From: Candidatus Omnitrophota bacterium
Lineage (GTDB): Bacteria > Omnitrophota > Gorgyraeia > JABMRG01 > JAFGKX01
Direction: 5' to 3'
Length of the DNA stretch: 15,291 nucleotides
Assembly (NCBI GenBank): GCA_020354945.1
Contig: CP070655.1
Location: forward strand, 257,465-272,755
The notes beneath the pieces were generated by a model. It did not search any database. It saw nothing but the letters and a program-made list of their open reading frames with translations, and was not told the origin of the DNA. Positions 1 to 7,306 of this stretch are shown piece after piece (the first letter of the stretch is position 1; the number at the start of each line of letters is the position of its first letter). Made by a program: the position numbers and the translations under genes.

Positions 1-1
1 A

Positions 2-1546
2 TATTTTGGAAGCGTTGATTATTTAGCTACCTATGGGGTTTCTGTTTATCCATTTGGCTATTTTCCGGTTATTTCTTGTGTTCTAATTTTAGCATACGCA
101 ATAGTAAACTACCGCCTCATGGATATAGAGGTTATCATACGAGAGACGGCAGTGTTTGCGGGGATATTTGGATTTGCGGTGGGGACATTTGTGGTGGTTA
201 TGCATGTAGGGCAGACACTGCTGGAGCCGTATATAAGGGAAAGTCATCCTTTGCTTTTTCCCGCAGTAGCATTATTTTTGGTGACAATAGCGGTGCGCCC
301 GATTGAGAAGCTTACCTATAATACAATAGGCAAACTCTTATTTAAAAAGAGGCAAAAATACCAAAAGGCCTTAAAAGATGCGGCAGTGGGTATGGCTACA
401 ATTCGAAAACCAGACAGGTTATTAGGCCTTATCACTTACATATTAAGTAAAAGCTTAAGGCCTACCAATGCTGCTGTATATATTTTTGATGATGAAGAAA
501 AATCCTACTCTCTTAGAGCAGCAAGATACCCCAGCAAGATTGATCAAAAAATAGAATTTTCAAGTGAAGAAGCAATAGTTACCTGGTTAAAGGAAAATAG
601 ACAACCCATTGTCCTTGAGGAGATAGAGCACTTCTTAAGAGAGGAACAGTTACGCCCACACAAGGAAGTGCTTGCCTCTGATTTAGAACAAATAAAGCGG
701 AGATTATTATCTCTAAATGCAACCGTATGCATACCGAGCTTTTATCATGAAGATGAACTCTTAGGTATTTTGGTATTGGGAGATAAAAAAAGCGGCGACC
801 TATACACCCAGGATGATTTAGAACTATTAAATTCATTAGCAGATGAGGCAGCCTTTGCCATACGAAACTCCATGCTTTATAGAAAACTTCAGAAAAAAGC
901 AGATGAAATATCCAAGATTTATGGAAAAGAACAAACCATGTTTGCACACGCTGCTACTGCTTTTGCCAATGCAATCGATGCCAGAGATCCATATACCCAC
1001 GGCCATTCCCAAAGAGTAACAGGTTACTGTCTGGCTTTAGCAGACCAGATGGAAGAGGCCAGATTCGGCGGCAAAGAAAGGTATAAGTGGCTTAAACAAA
1101 GATTACGTTTAGCCGCTCTCTTACACGATATAGGTAAAGTTGCAATTCCGGATAACATATTGCAAAAAAAAGGAAAGCTTAATGCCGAGGAATACAAGAA
1201 GATGAAAGAACACCCTGTTATCGGCGCTAAGGTATTAGGTTATGTAAGGGGCTTCTGGGATATTGTCTCCGCTGTAAGGCATCACCATGAAAGATATGAC
1301 GGAGGAGGCTATCCTGACGGCCTTAAAGCGGAAAGCATTCCTTTTATGTCAAGGGTAATGGCGGTGGCTGATACATTTGACGCAATGACGTCTAATAGGC
1401 CTTACCGAAAAACGATGACTGCAGAGGTAACAAAGCAGGAAATAAATAATAATTCAACCATCCAATTCGACCCTTATGTGGTAGGGGCCTTTATGAAAGC
1501 ATATGCAAAGAACCTGATTAAAAAGATTATGGGGCAAAACCGATAA
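2..1546 (+). CDS. Membrane-anchored GAF + HD-GYP c-di-GMP phosphodiesterase, 5'-partial (true start lies upstream of the window)
   Basis: The frame of ORF 119..1546 is open back to position 2 (YFGSVDYLATYGVSVYPFGYFPVISCVLILAYAIVNYRL-MDI, the typical end of a HisKA_7TM-like sensor). TM helices and a GAF (LLGILVLGDKKSGDLYTQDDLELL) follow. The HD-GYP motifs are intact: DPYTHGH, LHDIGK, HPVIG, HHERYDGGGYP, VADTFDAM, RPYRK. Confidence 0.9.
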   Translation, partial: YFGSVDYLATYGVSVYPFGYFPVISCVLILAYAIVNYRLMDIEVIIRETAVFAGIFGFAVGTFVVVMHVGQTLLEPYIRESHPLLFPAVALFLVTIAVRPIEKLTYNTIGKLLFKKRQKYQKALKDAAVGMATIRKPDRLLGLITYILSKSLRPTNAAVYIFDDEEKSYSLRAARYPSKIDQKIEFSSEEAIVTWLKENRQPIVLEEIEHFLREEQLRPHKEVLASDLEQIKRRLLSLNATVCIPSFYHEDELLGILVLGDKKSGDLYTQDDLELLNSLADEAAFAIRNSMLYRKLQKKADEISKIYGKEQTMFAHAATAFANAIDARDPYTHGHSQRVTGYCLALADQMEEARFGGKERYKWLKQRLRLAALLHDIGKVAIPDNILQKKGKLNAEEYKKMKEHPVIGAKVLGYVRGFWDIVSAVRHHHERYDGGGYPDGLKAESIPFMSRVMAVADTFDAMTSNRPYRKTMTAEVTKQEINNNSTIQFDPYVVGAFMKAYAKNLIKKIMGQNR

Positions 1547-3657
1547 TGCGAGAAGCCTATGCAATATCTTCATTGCTTACTATACTCATAACCCTGTTTT
1601 TAGGAAGCTTAATATATTTTCGCGGCAGGGGAGGCAGGATAGTCAAGTCTTATTTTCTGCTAATGCCCTTTGTCGCTTTATGGGCATTTGGAGTTTATAA
1701 TACGCTTAACGCTTCAACTGCCGGGCGGGCTTTATTATGGGCGAAATTATTTTTTGTTTCAGCCGCATTTATACCAATTTTTTATTTTAGATTTGTTATA
1801 AAATTGTTAGCAGCTGAGAGAAGATACAGATTTTTATTATGGCTGGGTTATTTTATATCTGTTTGTTTTGCTCTTTCAGTATTAGGACCATTTATGTTTG
1901 AAGGCACAAATTTGAAATTTGATATTTACTGGCCCAAGGCAGGCAATCTTTACTGGTTATACATTGTTTATTTTTTGTCATATCCTGTTCTTGCGCATAC
2001 GATCGCTTTTGCCAATCGCGGCGAAATTACAATTTTAGCAAAAAAGCAGTTAATGTATGTATCAATTGCCGCCGTTTTAGGTTTTGGGGGAGGCACATCT
2101 ACATTTTTGCCCCTATATGGCGTTTTTATACCAAGATTGGAATCAATGGCCATATTTTTAATACCATCTGCCTGCGCATTTATAGCAGTTGCTACTTATA
2201 CTGCAAGATTGATGGATACCGAACTTTTTAAAAGAAGAGCAGTTATATTTTCATTACTTTATGGTTTGTCCGTTGGTATATTTGTTAGCATTGTGTTTAT
2301 TGTGCAGAATATTGTTGATTTTCGGCAGGGCCTTAGTAGATTCTTCATACCTGTAGCAGCGCTTTTTATCATAACTATTTTTATAAGGCCTATCGAACAT
2401 ATCCTTACCCGCTGGACAGATAAATTTTTGTATCAGAAAAAATACAGTTATCAAAAAGTACTGGAAGACGCCGGAAAAGGAATGCTTTTTATAACCAATG
2501 TAGATAGATTGCTTAAACTTACTGTTAGAATACTTTCAAAACATATGAGGGTTACCAATACTGCAATCTATCTTTACGATAAGGACACCGGCACTTATAG
2601 GTGCAGGACAACTGGCAGGGAAAAAATAGAAATCAAAGGGGAAATAAAATCAACCAACGCGTTAATAGAATGGTTAAAAGAGAAAAAGGCCCCGCTTTTA
2701 ATAGACGATATAATAAATTGGGTTCAGAAGGAGGCAATGTTCCCGCACAGGATAGTATTAAAGAGAACCCTTGAGCAATTGAGGATAACTATGCGTTCTT
2801 TAAAAGCGGCTTTGTGCATTCCGGCATTTATAAGAGGGCAGATGATAGGCTTTTTGGTGCTGGGTAATAAACTTTCAGGTGCCGGTTATACCAGAGACGA
2901 TATTGCCCTTCTTGGCACTTTATCCAATTCTGCGGCAATTGCTGTTGAGAATGCCCGTATGTATGAAGAATTGCATAACAGGATAAAAAGAGTAGCAGAT
3001 TTATACAAGGGTCAACATGAGTTATTTATAGATACCGCAACAGCATTTTCATACGCTGTGGATTTAAGGGATACTTATAGCCACCAGCACGCCCAAAGGA
3101 TTATAGAATATTGCATGATTATTATTAAAGGTTTGGATAAAATGAATGCCGGATATAGCAAAGAACCGGATTTTCTGGAAAATTTAAAGATAGCTGCCCT
3201 GCTTCATGATGTGGGAAGAGTAGCTATACCCGATTCTATATTAAATAAGAAAGGCCCGCTTGCACATAAAGAACGCGAAGCGGTAAAGAAACACGTAGAC
3301 ATTGCGGTGGATGTCTTAAAACCGATAAAGGAATTAGAGCCAGTTATCAATATCATAAGATGCCACCACGAGTTTTATAATGGAGGAGGTTATCCGGAAG
3401 GCATAAAAGGTGACGAGATTCCTTTTGCCTCCCGCATACTCGCCGCAGCCAATGCATATGATGCTATGACGTCTGAGAGGCCTTATCGAAAAGCAATGAC
3501 TCATCAGAAGGCAGCAGAGCGGCTTAAGCAAGGTTCGGGTAAAGATTTTGACCCTTTAATTGTAGAGGGATTACTGGTCGGATTTGAAGGTATCGGCCCC
3601 GCAAGGAGTGGAGAGATCAGAACCCCCAGGGGAGAAGTTCCTCCGGTGCTGTATTAA
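1546..3657 (+). CDS. Multi-TM (HisKA_7TM-like) sensor + GAF + HD-GYP domain protein, possibly catalytically degenerate
   Basis: 703 aa ORF whose ATG overlaps the upstream stop (TAATG at 1544-1548). It has a hydrophobic N-terminal ~280 aa, a GAF (MIGFLVLGNKLSGAGYTRDDIALL) and HD-GYP motifs LHDVGR, HHEFYNGGGYP, AANAYDAM, RPYRK. It is clearly paralogous to the upstream gene. Confidence 0.9.
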   Translation: MREAYAISSLLTILITLFLGSLIYFRGRGGRIVKSYFLLMPFVALWAFGVYNTLNASTAGRALLWAKLFFVSAAFIPIFYFRFVIKLLAAERRYRFLLWLGYFISVCFALSVLGPFMFEGTNLKFDIYWPKAGNLYWLYIVYFLSYPVLAHTIAFANRGEITILAKKQLMYVSIAAVLGFGGGTSTFLPLYGVFIPRLESMAIFLIPSACAFIAVATYTARLMDTELFKRRAVIFSLLYGLSVGIFVSIVFIVQNIVDFRQGLSRFFIPVAALFIITIFIRPIEHILTRWTDKFLYQKKYSYQKVLEDAGKGMLFITNVDRLLKLTVRILSKHMRVTNTAIYLYDKDTGTYRCRTTGREKIEIKGEIKSTNALIEWLKEKKAPLLIDDIINWVQKEAMFPHRIVLKRTLEQLRITMRSLKAALCIPAFIRGQMIGFLVLGNKLSGAGYTRDDIALLGTLSNSAAIAVENARMYEELHNRIKRVADLYKGQHELFIDTATAFSYAVDLRDTYSHQHAQRIIEYCMIIIKGLDKMNAGYSKEPDFLENLKIAALLHDVGRVAIPDSILNKKGPLAHKEREAVKKHVDIAVDVLKPIKELEPVINIIRCHHEFYNGGGYPEGIKGDEIPFASRILAAANAYDAMTSERPYRKAMTHQKAAERLKQGSGKDFDPLIVEGLLVGFEGIGPARSGEIRTPRGEVPPVLY

Positions 3658-3684
3658 AAAGTTGTGCCAGGCACGACTTTTTAA
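3654..3684. repeat. REP-like palindrome copy 1 (AAAGTYGTGCC-A-GGCACGACTTT family); probable bidirectional terminator
   Basis: TTAAAAAGTTGTGCC-A-GGCACGACTTTTTAA: 15-bp arms with one mismatch (G.U on the + strand) and A/T runs on both sides. The same core recurs at 15218 and 15264. Confidence 0.9.
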
Positions 3685-3767
3685 AAAGACATTATTACGG
3701 TTGTACCTTTGTTGGGAGTACTTTTTATTTTGATATTTCCTTTATGTTCTTTTATTATACTATGGGA
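3681..3767 (-). pseudogene. C-terminal remnant of a histidine kinase HATPase_c domain
   Basis: The minus strand reads SHSIIKEHKGNIKIKSTPNKGTTVIMSF*, matching the HATPase_c end pattern (IVxxHxGxIxVxSxPGKGTTFxIxL). The G2 box (GLGL) expected just upstream is absent. Confidence 0.6.
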
Positions 3768-4023
3768 TTTAGGAGAATTAATCTGGAACGATGACCAGAC
3801 CAACATAGATGTGCGTTCTAAATTAATGGTGCAGTTGCGAGATGACATCTTAACAGATGTAACCACTTTGTATTTTGAAAGAAGAAGAATGCAACTTGAT
3901 ATAGTAAGCGGAAAGCATAAAGGAAAAGCGCAACACGTAACTATGTTGCGTCTTCAAGAACTTACAGCGAGAATCGATGCGCTCACTGGTGGTTGTTTAT
4001 CCAGGCGCAAGGAGGAATTATGA
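3709..4023 (+). pseudogene. Hypothetical protein, probably the truncated C-terminal helical domain (from W at 3763) of a larger conserved protein
   Basis: TTG start without an RBS; the first ~18 codons are the antisense of the kinase remnant. WDLGELIWNDDQTNIDVRSKLMVQLRDDILTDVTTLYFERRR...LRLQELTARIDALTGG looks like real conserved protein sequence (recalled from C-termini of larger envelope proteins, unverified). Its stop overlaps the next ATG (ATGA). Confidence 0.5.
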
Positions 4024-4217
4024 GGAACAAACCCAAAAAAGGCAAATCCAGGTTTACGCCAGAATATTACATAGAGACTATTATCCTTAAGTTAGACAGG
4101 ATAGAAGCGGAATTAGAAACGGTGAAGTCGGTTGTATTTGGATATGGTAAACAAACCAGCCTTTTAAACGACAGAATAGAGAATATAGAAGAGAGAAAGA
4201 AATTAGGTTGCCTATAA
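4020..4217 (+). CDS. Small hypothetical coiled-coil protein (65 aa)
   Basis: AGGAGG at 4010-4015 and ATG at 4020 overlapping the upstream TGA; heptad-like LDRIEAELETVK...LNDRIENIEE. Confidence 0.6.
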   Translation: MRNKPKKGKSRFTPEYYIETIILKLDRIEAELETVKSVVFGYGKQTSLLNDRIENIEERKKLGCL

Positions 4218-4247
4218 ATGCGCACGCAAAATAAAAATTACACCCCC

Positions 4248-4276
4248 TTGACTATTTTTACGGGGTTGAGTAAACT
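4248..4276 (+). promoter_or_regulatory. Sigma70-type promoter for the 4338 gene
   Basis: TTGACT (4248-4253), 17-bp spacer, TAAACT (4271-4276), with an A-rich upstream element. RBS-like GGGGTGA precedes the ATG at 4338. Confidence 0.65.
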
Positions 4277-4337
4277 TAATAATAGAGAGTATGGATGGTT
4301 TTTCTGAATAGGGACGCTTATAAGGGGGTGATAAGTA

Positions 4338-4682
4338 ATGAAAAGGGCAAGGAAACACAAAAGGACAAGGAGAAGAATTTACACGGGCACGTTTGTAATT
4401 ATGTGTGCGTTTTTGCTGACCTTTGCCAGTATATGTTATGCAGAATCGTATGCATGGCATAGGTTTGCCAGAGGCTTTAAAAACTGCGCGAGCGGCTGGA
4501 TGGAATTTCCAGCGAATATCTATGAGACATCTAAGGAATATAACCCGTTTGCGGGAATTACCTATGGTTCAGTAAAAGGGGCCTTAAAGACAGCTCACAG
4601 AACAGGCATAGGCGTATACGATGTTGGAGCATTCTTTGTCCCCGAAAAGAAACCACCCATAGAGCCGGAAGCATTATTTTAA
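4338..4682 (+). CDS. Exosortase system-associated protein, TIGR04073-like (secreted/membrane)
   Basis: Basic N-terminus, hydrophobic signal peptide ending CYA-ES. The pattern RFARGFKNCASGWMEFPANI...GITYG..KG....RTGIGVYDV.AF.VP...PIEPE matches the family as recalled. Confidence 0.7.
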   Translation: MKRARKHKRTRRRIYTGTFVIMCAFLLTFASICYAESYAWHRFARGFKNCASGWMEFPANIYETSKEYNPFAGITYGSVKGALKTAHRTGIGVYDVGAFFVPEKKPPIEPEALF

Positions 4683-4706
4683 GTAAACAATCAGTAATTT
4701 ATATGG

Positions 4707-4744
4707 ATAAAAAGGAGGGTTTTTAACCCTCTTTTTTATTTTTT
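4707..4744 (+). terminator. Rho-independent terminator (possibly bidirectional)
   Basis: AAAAAG-GAGGGTT-ttt-AACCCTC-TTTTTT, just downstream of the 4682 stop. Confidence 0.8.
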
Positions 4745-4747
4745 GGC

Positions 4748-4776
4748 TTGACATGATGCTGTTACTATTGTAGGAT
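4748..4776 (+). promoter_or_regulatory. Sigma70-type promoter of the fabG operon
   Basis: Perfect TTGACA (4748-4753), 17-bp spacer, TAGGAT (4771-4776), right after the terminator. Confidence 0.75.
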
Positions 4777-4790
4777 ACTGGCGAAAATTC

Positions 4791-4839
4791 ACTCCACCAT
4801 TCCTAGGGTATTTCAAATTACTATCAGGAATGGCTGGGT
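4791..4839 (+). promoter_or_regulatory. 5'-UTR stem-loop / inverted repeat upstream of fabG
   Basis: CCATTCCT (4797-4804) pairs perfectly with AGGAATGG (4826-4833), with an inner GGTA/TACT stem and an imperfect outer extension. Confidence 0.5.
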
Positions 4840-4854
4840 TAAAAAGATGTAATT

Positions 4855-5595
4855 ATGCAGTTAAAAGAAAAGACAGCTATGATAACAGGCGCGGCTCAGG
4901 GAATAGGCAAGGAGATAGCCCTCACTTTAGCCAGGGAAGGCGCCAATTTAGCTATCTGCGACGTAAATAAAGATGGTATAACCGAAACCCAAAAAGAGAT
5001 AGAATCTGCCGGCGTTAAGGTTTTAAGCTTTGTTGTTGATGTAACAGATGCCAAACAGGTCGAAGATATGGTCAACAAAGTCCTTGACAACCTCGGCAAA
5101 GTTGATATACTTGTCAATAACGCCGGAATAACCAGAGATTCTTTGATACTGAGGATGAAGGAGGCTGACTGGGACGCTGTCTTAGCGGTCAATTTAAAAG
5201 GGGCCTTCAATTGCATAAAGGCAGTTGCAAGGCCTATGGTAAAACAGCATTCAGGCAAAATAGTCAATATTGCTTCCATAATCGGCATAATGGGCAATCC
5301 GGGCCAGGCCAATTATGCAACCAGTAAAGCGGGTATAATAGGGCTGACTAAAACCGCGGCCAAAGAATTAGCATCAAGAGGTATTAATGTTAATGCCATT
5401 GCCCCAGGTTTTATAAAGACAACTATGACAGATAACTTGACTGAGGAGCAGAAACAGAAGATGTTTGGGGCAATTCCGTTAGCCAAATTCGGCGAAACAA
5501 AAGATGTGGCTAATTTGGTCCTATTTTTGGCCAGCGAGGCTTCCTCATATATAACCGGGGAAGTAATTAAGATTGACGGTGGAATGGCAATGTAA
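4855..5595 (+). CDS. fabG: 3-oxoacyl-[ACP] reductase
   Basis: SDR motifs [21 protein letters not shown] and a GGMAM C-terminus; adjacent to acpP and fabF. Confidence 0.95.
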   Translation: MQLKEKTAMITGAAQGIGKEIALTLAREGANLAICDVNKDGITETQKEIESAGVKVLSFVVDVTDAKQVEDMVNKVLDNLGKVDILVNNAGITRDSLILRMKEADWDAVLAVNLKGAFNCIKAVARPMVKQHSGKIVNIASIIGIMGNPGQANYATSKAGIIGLTKTAAKELASRGINVNAIAPGFIKTTMTDNLTEEQKQKMFGAIPLAKFGETKDVANLVLFLASEASSYITGEVIKIDGGMAM

Positions 5596-5647
5596 ACCCC
5601 CACGCCAATTAGCACTTCGACATTTTTTATATAATTGGTGTGGGGGT
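5596..5647. repeat. 16-bp inverted repeat (long stem-loop) directly after the fabG stop
   Basis: ACCCCCACGCCAATTA (5596-5611) and TAATTGGTGTGGGGGT (5632-5647), one G.U pair, 20-nt loop, no U-tract. Confidence 0.85.
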
Positions 5648-5657
5648 AAATAATAAC

Positions 5658-5680
5658 CCCCGCTTTTTAAAAAGATGGGG
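5658..5680. repeat. Second short hairpin just upstream of the acpP RBS
   Basis: CCCCG-CTTTTT-AAAAAG-A-TGGGG, an imperfect palindrome. Confidence 0.5.
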
Positions 5681-5699
5681 CATTTTAAGGAGGGAAAGA

Positions 5700-5948
5700 A
5701 TGGCAACAGGAGATAAAATAAAGTCGATTATTGCAGAACAATTAGGAGTGAAACCGGAAGAGGTAACCCCGGAAGCATCATTTATTGACGACCTTGGCGC
5801 AGACTCATTAGACACGGTCGAGCTGGTAATGGCATTAGAGGAAGAATTTGGAATAGAGATACCGGATGAAGATGCCGAGAAGATGACCAAGGTGGCTGAC
5901 GCCATTAAATACATAGAAGAAAAAGTAGCAGCTAAAGGTTCAAGCTAA
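5700..5948 (+). CDS. acpP: Acyl carrier protein (82 aa)
   Basis: AAGGAGG at 5687-5693, ATG at 5700; [20 protein letters not shown] carries the phosphopantetheine Ser. Confidence 0.97.
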   Translation: MATGDKIKSIIAEQLGVKPEEVTPEASFIDDLGADSLDTVELVMALEEEFGIEIPDEDAEKMTKVADAIKYIEEKVAAKGSS

Positions 5949-5979
5949 TTCCACCCACCCAATTTCCCACCAATATATA

Positions 5980-7218
5980 ATGGAAAAAAGAAGGATAGTC
6001 ATTACAGGCATAGGCGTTGTTACACCTGTAGGCAGCGGTAAGCGGGCATTCTGGGAAGCTGTTTGTCATGGTAAAAATGGTATTCATAAAATAAGCAGCT
6101 TTGATGCAACAGATTTTACATCTCAGATAGCCGGTGAGGTGAAAGATTTCGACCCAGCCGAATTCTTATCAGCAAAAGACATAAAAAGGACAGATAGATT
6201 TGTCCAGTTTGCCATGGTAGCCTCAAGGTATGCTGTCAAAGATTCAAATCTTAAGCTCGATTCTGTAGATAAGAACCGCCTTGGTGTATTAATAGGCTCC
6301 GGCATTGGTGGCATGAAGACAATAGAAAGGGAGCATAAGATTTTGTTAAAAAAAGGGCCTTCTCGGATGTCGCCCTTTTTTATACCAATGCTTATAGTAA
6401 ATATGGCATCTGCTAAAGTTTCAATGGATTTAGGATTAAAAGGTCCCAATACCTGCGTTGCAACTGCATGCGCTACCGGAACGCATGCTATAGGAGACGC
6501 TTTTAAGATAATACAACGTAATGATGCTGACTTTATGCTTTGCGGAGGCACAGAGGCTGCTGTTGCACCATTAGGCCTTGGCGGGTTTTGTGCTGCTCGT
6601 TCTCTTTCCACAAGAAATAATGAACCGGAGAAGGCCTCAAGGCCGTTTGACAAAGAAAGAAACGGTTTTGTAATGAGTGAAGGTGCAGGTGTAGTTATTT
6701 TAGAAGAATACGAACATGCCAAAGCTAGAGGCGCACACATGTATGCGGAGATAATAGGCTATGCGATGAGCGGCGATGCATATCATATGACTGCGCCTGA
6801 CCCTGAAGGGATGGGAGCGGTTTCATGTATGAAAAAGTGCTTAGAAGACGCAGGACTAAAACCGCAACAAGTTGATTATATTAATGCCCATGGCACTTCT
6901 ACTCAGCTTAATGATAAGATAGAAACTAAGGCCATCAAGGATGTTTTTGGCAAGCACGCTTATAAATTGGCTGTGAGTTCCACAAAGTCTATGATAGGCC
7001 ATATGTTAGGAGCAGCAGGCGGAGTAGAATGCGCTGCCACTGCTCTGGCTGTCGATAACGGAATTTTACCGCCTACCACAAATTACGAAGTTCCTGATCC
7101 TGAATGCGACCTTGATTATGTCCCCAATAAAGCAAGAAAAGCCAATATTAATGTAGCCTTATCTAATAGCTTGGGTTTCGGCGGACATAACTGCACCATC
7201 GCTTTAAGAAAGATATAA
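5980..7218 (+). CDS. fabF: 3-oxoacyl-[ACP] synthase II
   Basis: Cys-His-His triad ([21 protein letters not shown]), SRPFD, and NSLGFGGHN. Confidence 0.95.
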   Translation: MEKRRIVITGIGVVTPVGSGKRAFWEAVCHGKNGIHKISSFDATDFTSQIAGEVKDFDPAEFLSAKDIKRTDRFVQFAMVASRYAVKDSNLKLDSVDKNRLGVLIGSGIGGMKTIEREHKILLKKGPSRMSPFFIPMLIVNMASAKVSMDLGLKGPNTCVATACATGTHAIGDAFKIIQRNDADFMLCGGTEAAVAPLGLGGFCAARSLSTRNNEPEKASRPFDKERNGFVMSEGAGVVILEEYEHAKARGAHMYAEIIGYAMSGDAYHMTAPDPEGMGAVSCMKKCLEDAGLKPQQVDYINAHGTSTQLNDKIETKAIKDVFGKHAYKLAVSSTKSMIGHMLGAAGGVECAATALAVDNGILPPTTNYEVPDPECDLDYVPNKARKANINVALSNSLGFGGHNCTIALRKI

Positions 7219-7222
7219 ATTA

Positions 7223-7288
7223 TAGTTCGTAGTTGGTAGTCCGTAGTCCGTAGACTACGAACTCATAACACATAACTACAAACTACCA
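7223..7288. repeat. Inverted heptamer tandem array 1
   Basis: TAGTTCG TAGTTGG TAGTCCG TAGTCCG TAG, followed directly by complementary-sense units ACTACGA ACTCATA ACACATA ACTACAA ACTACCA. Confidence 0.85.
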
Positions 7289-7306
7289 GAATAAAGGAGC
7301 GCAATA

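Noticed and set aside
119-121. ATG at 119 as the start of the first HD-GYP gene
   Set aside because: The frame is open to the window edge and encodes TM sequence homologous to the middle of paralog 2.
76-306. Alternate-frame 76-aa ORF with several Cys/Gly
   Set aside because: It lies entirely within the HD-GYP gene in another frame, with no RBS or recognisable domain.
3993-4019. Upstream start for the small ORF ending at 4217
   Set aside because: The ATG at 4020 has AGGAGG and an ATGA overlap; 3993 has no RBS.
4807-4822. GGTA-N8-TACT as a FapR-type operator
   Set aside because: The spacing does not match the FapR palindrome as I recall it, and no regulator gene is in the window.
5640-5699. 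20-aa N-terminal extension of ACP from the GTG at 5640
   Set aside because: It runs through hairpin sequence; a strong RBS precedes the ATG at 5700, which gives a normal-length ACP.
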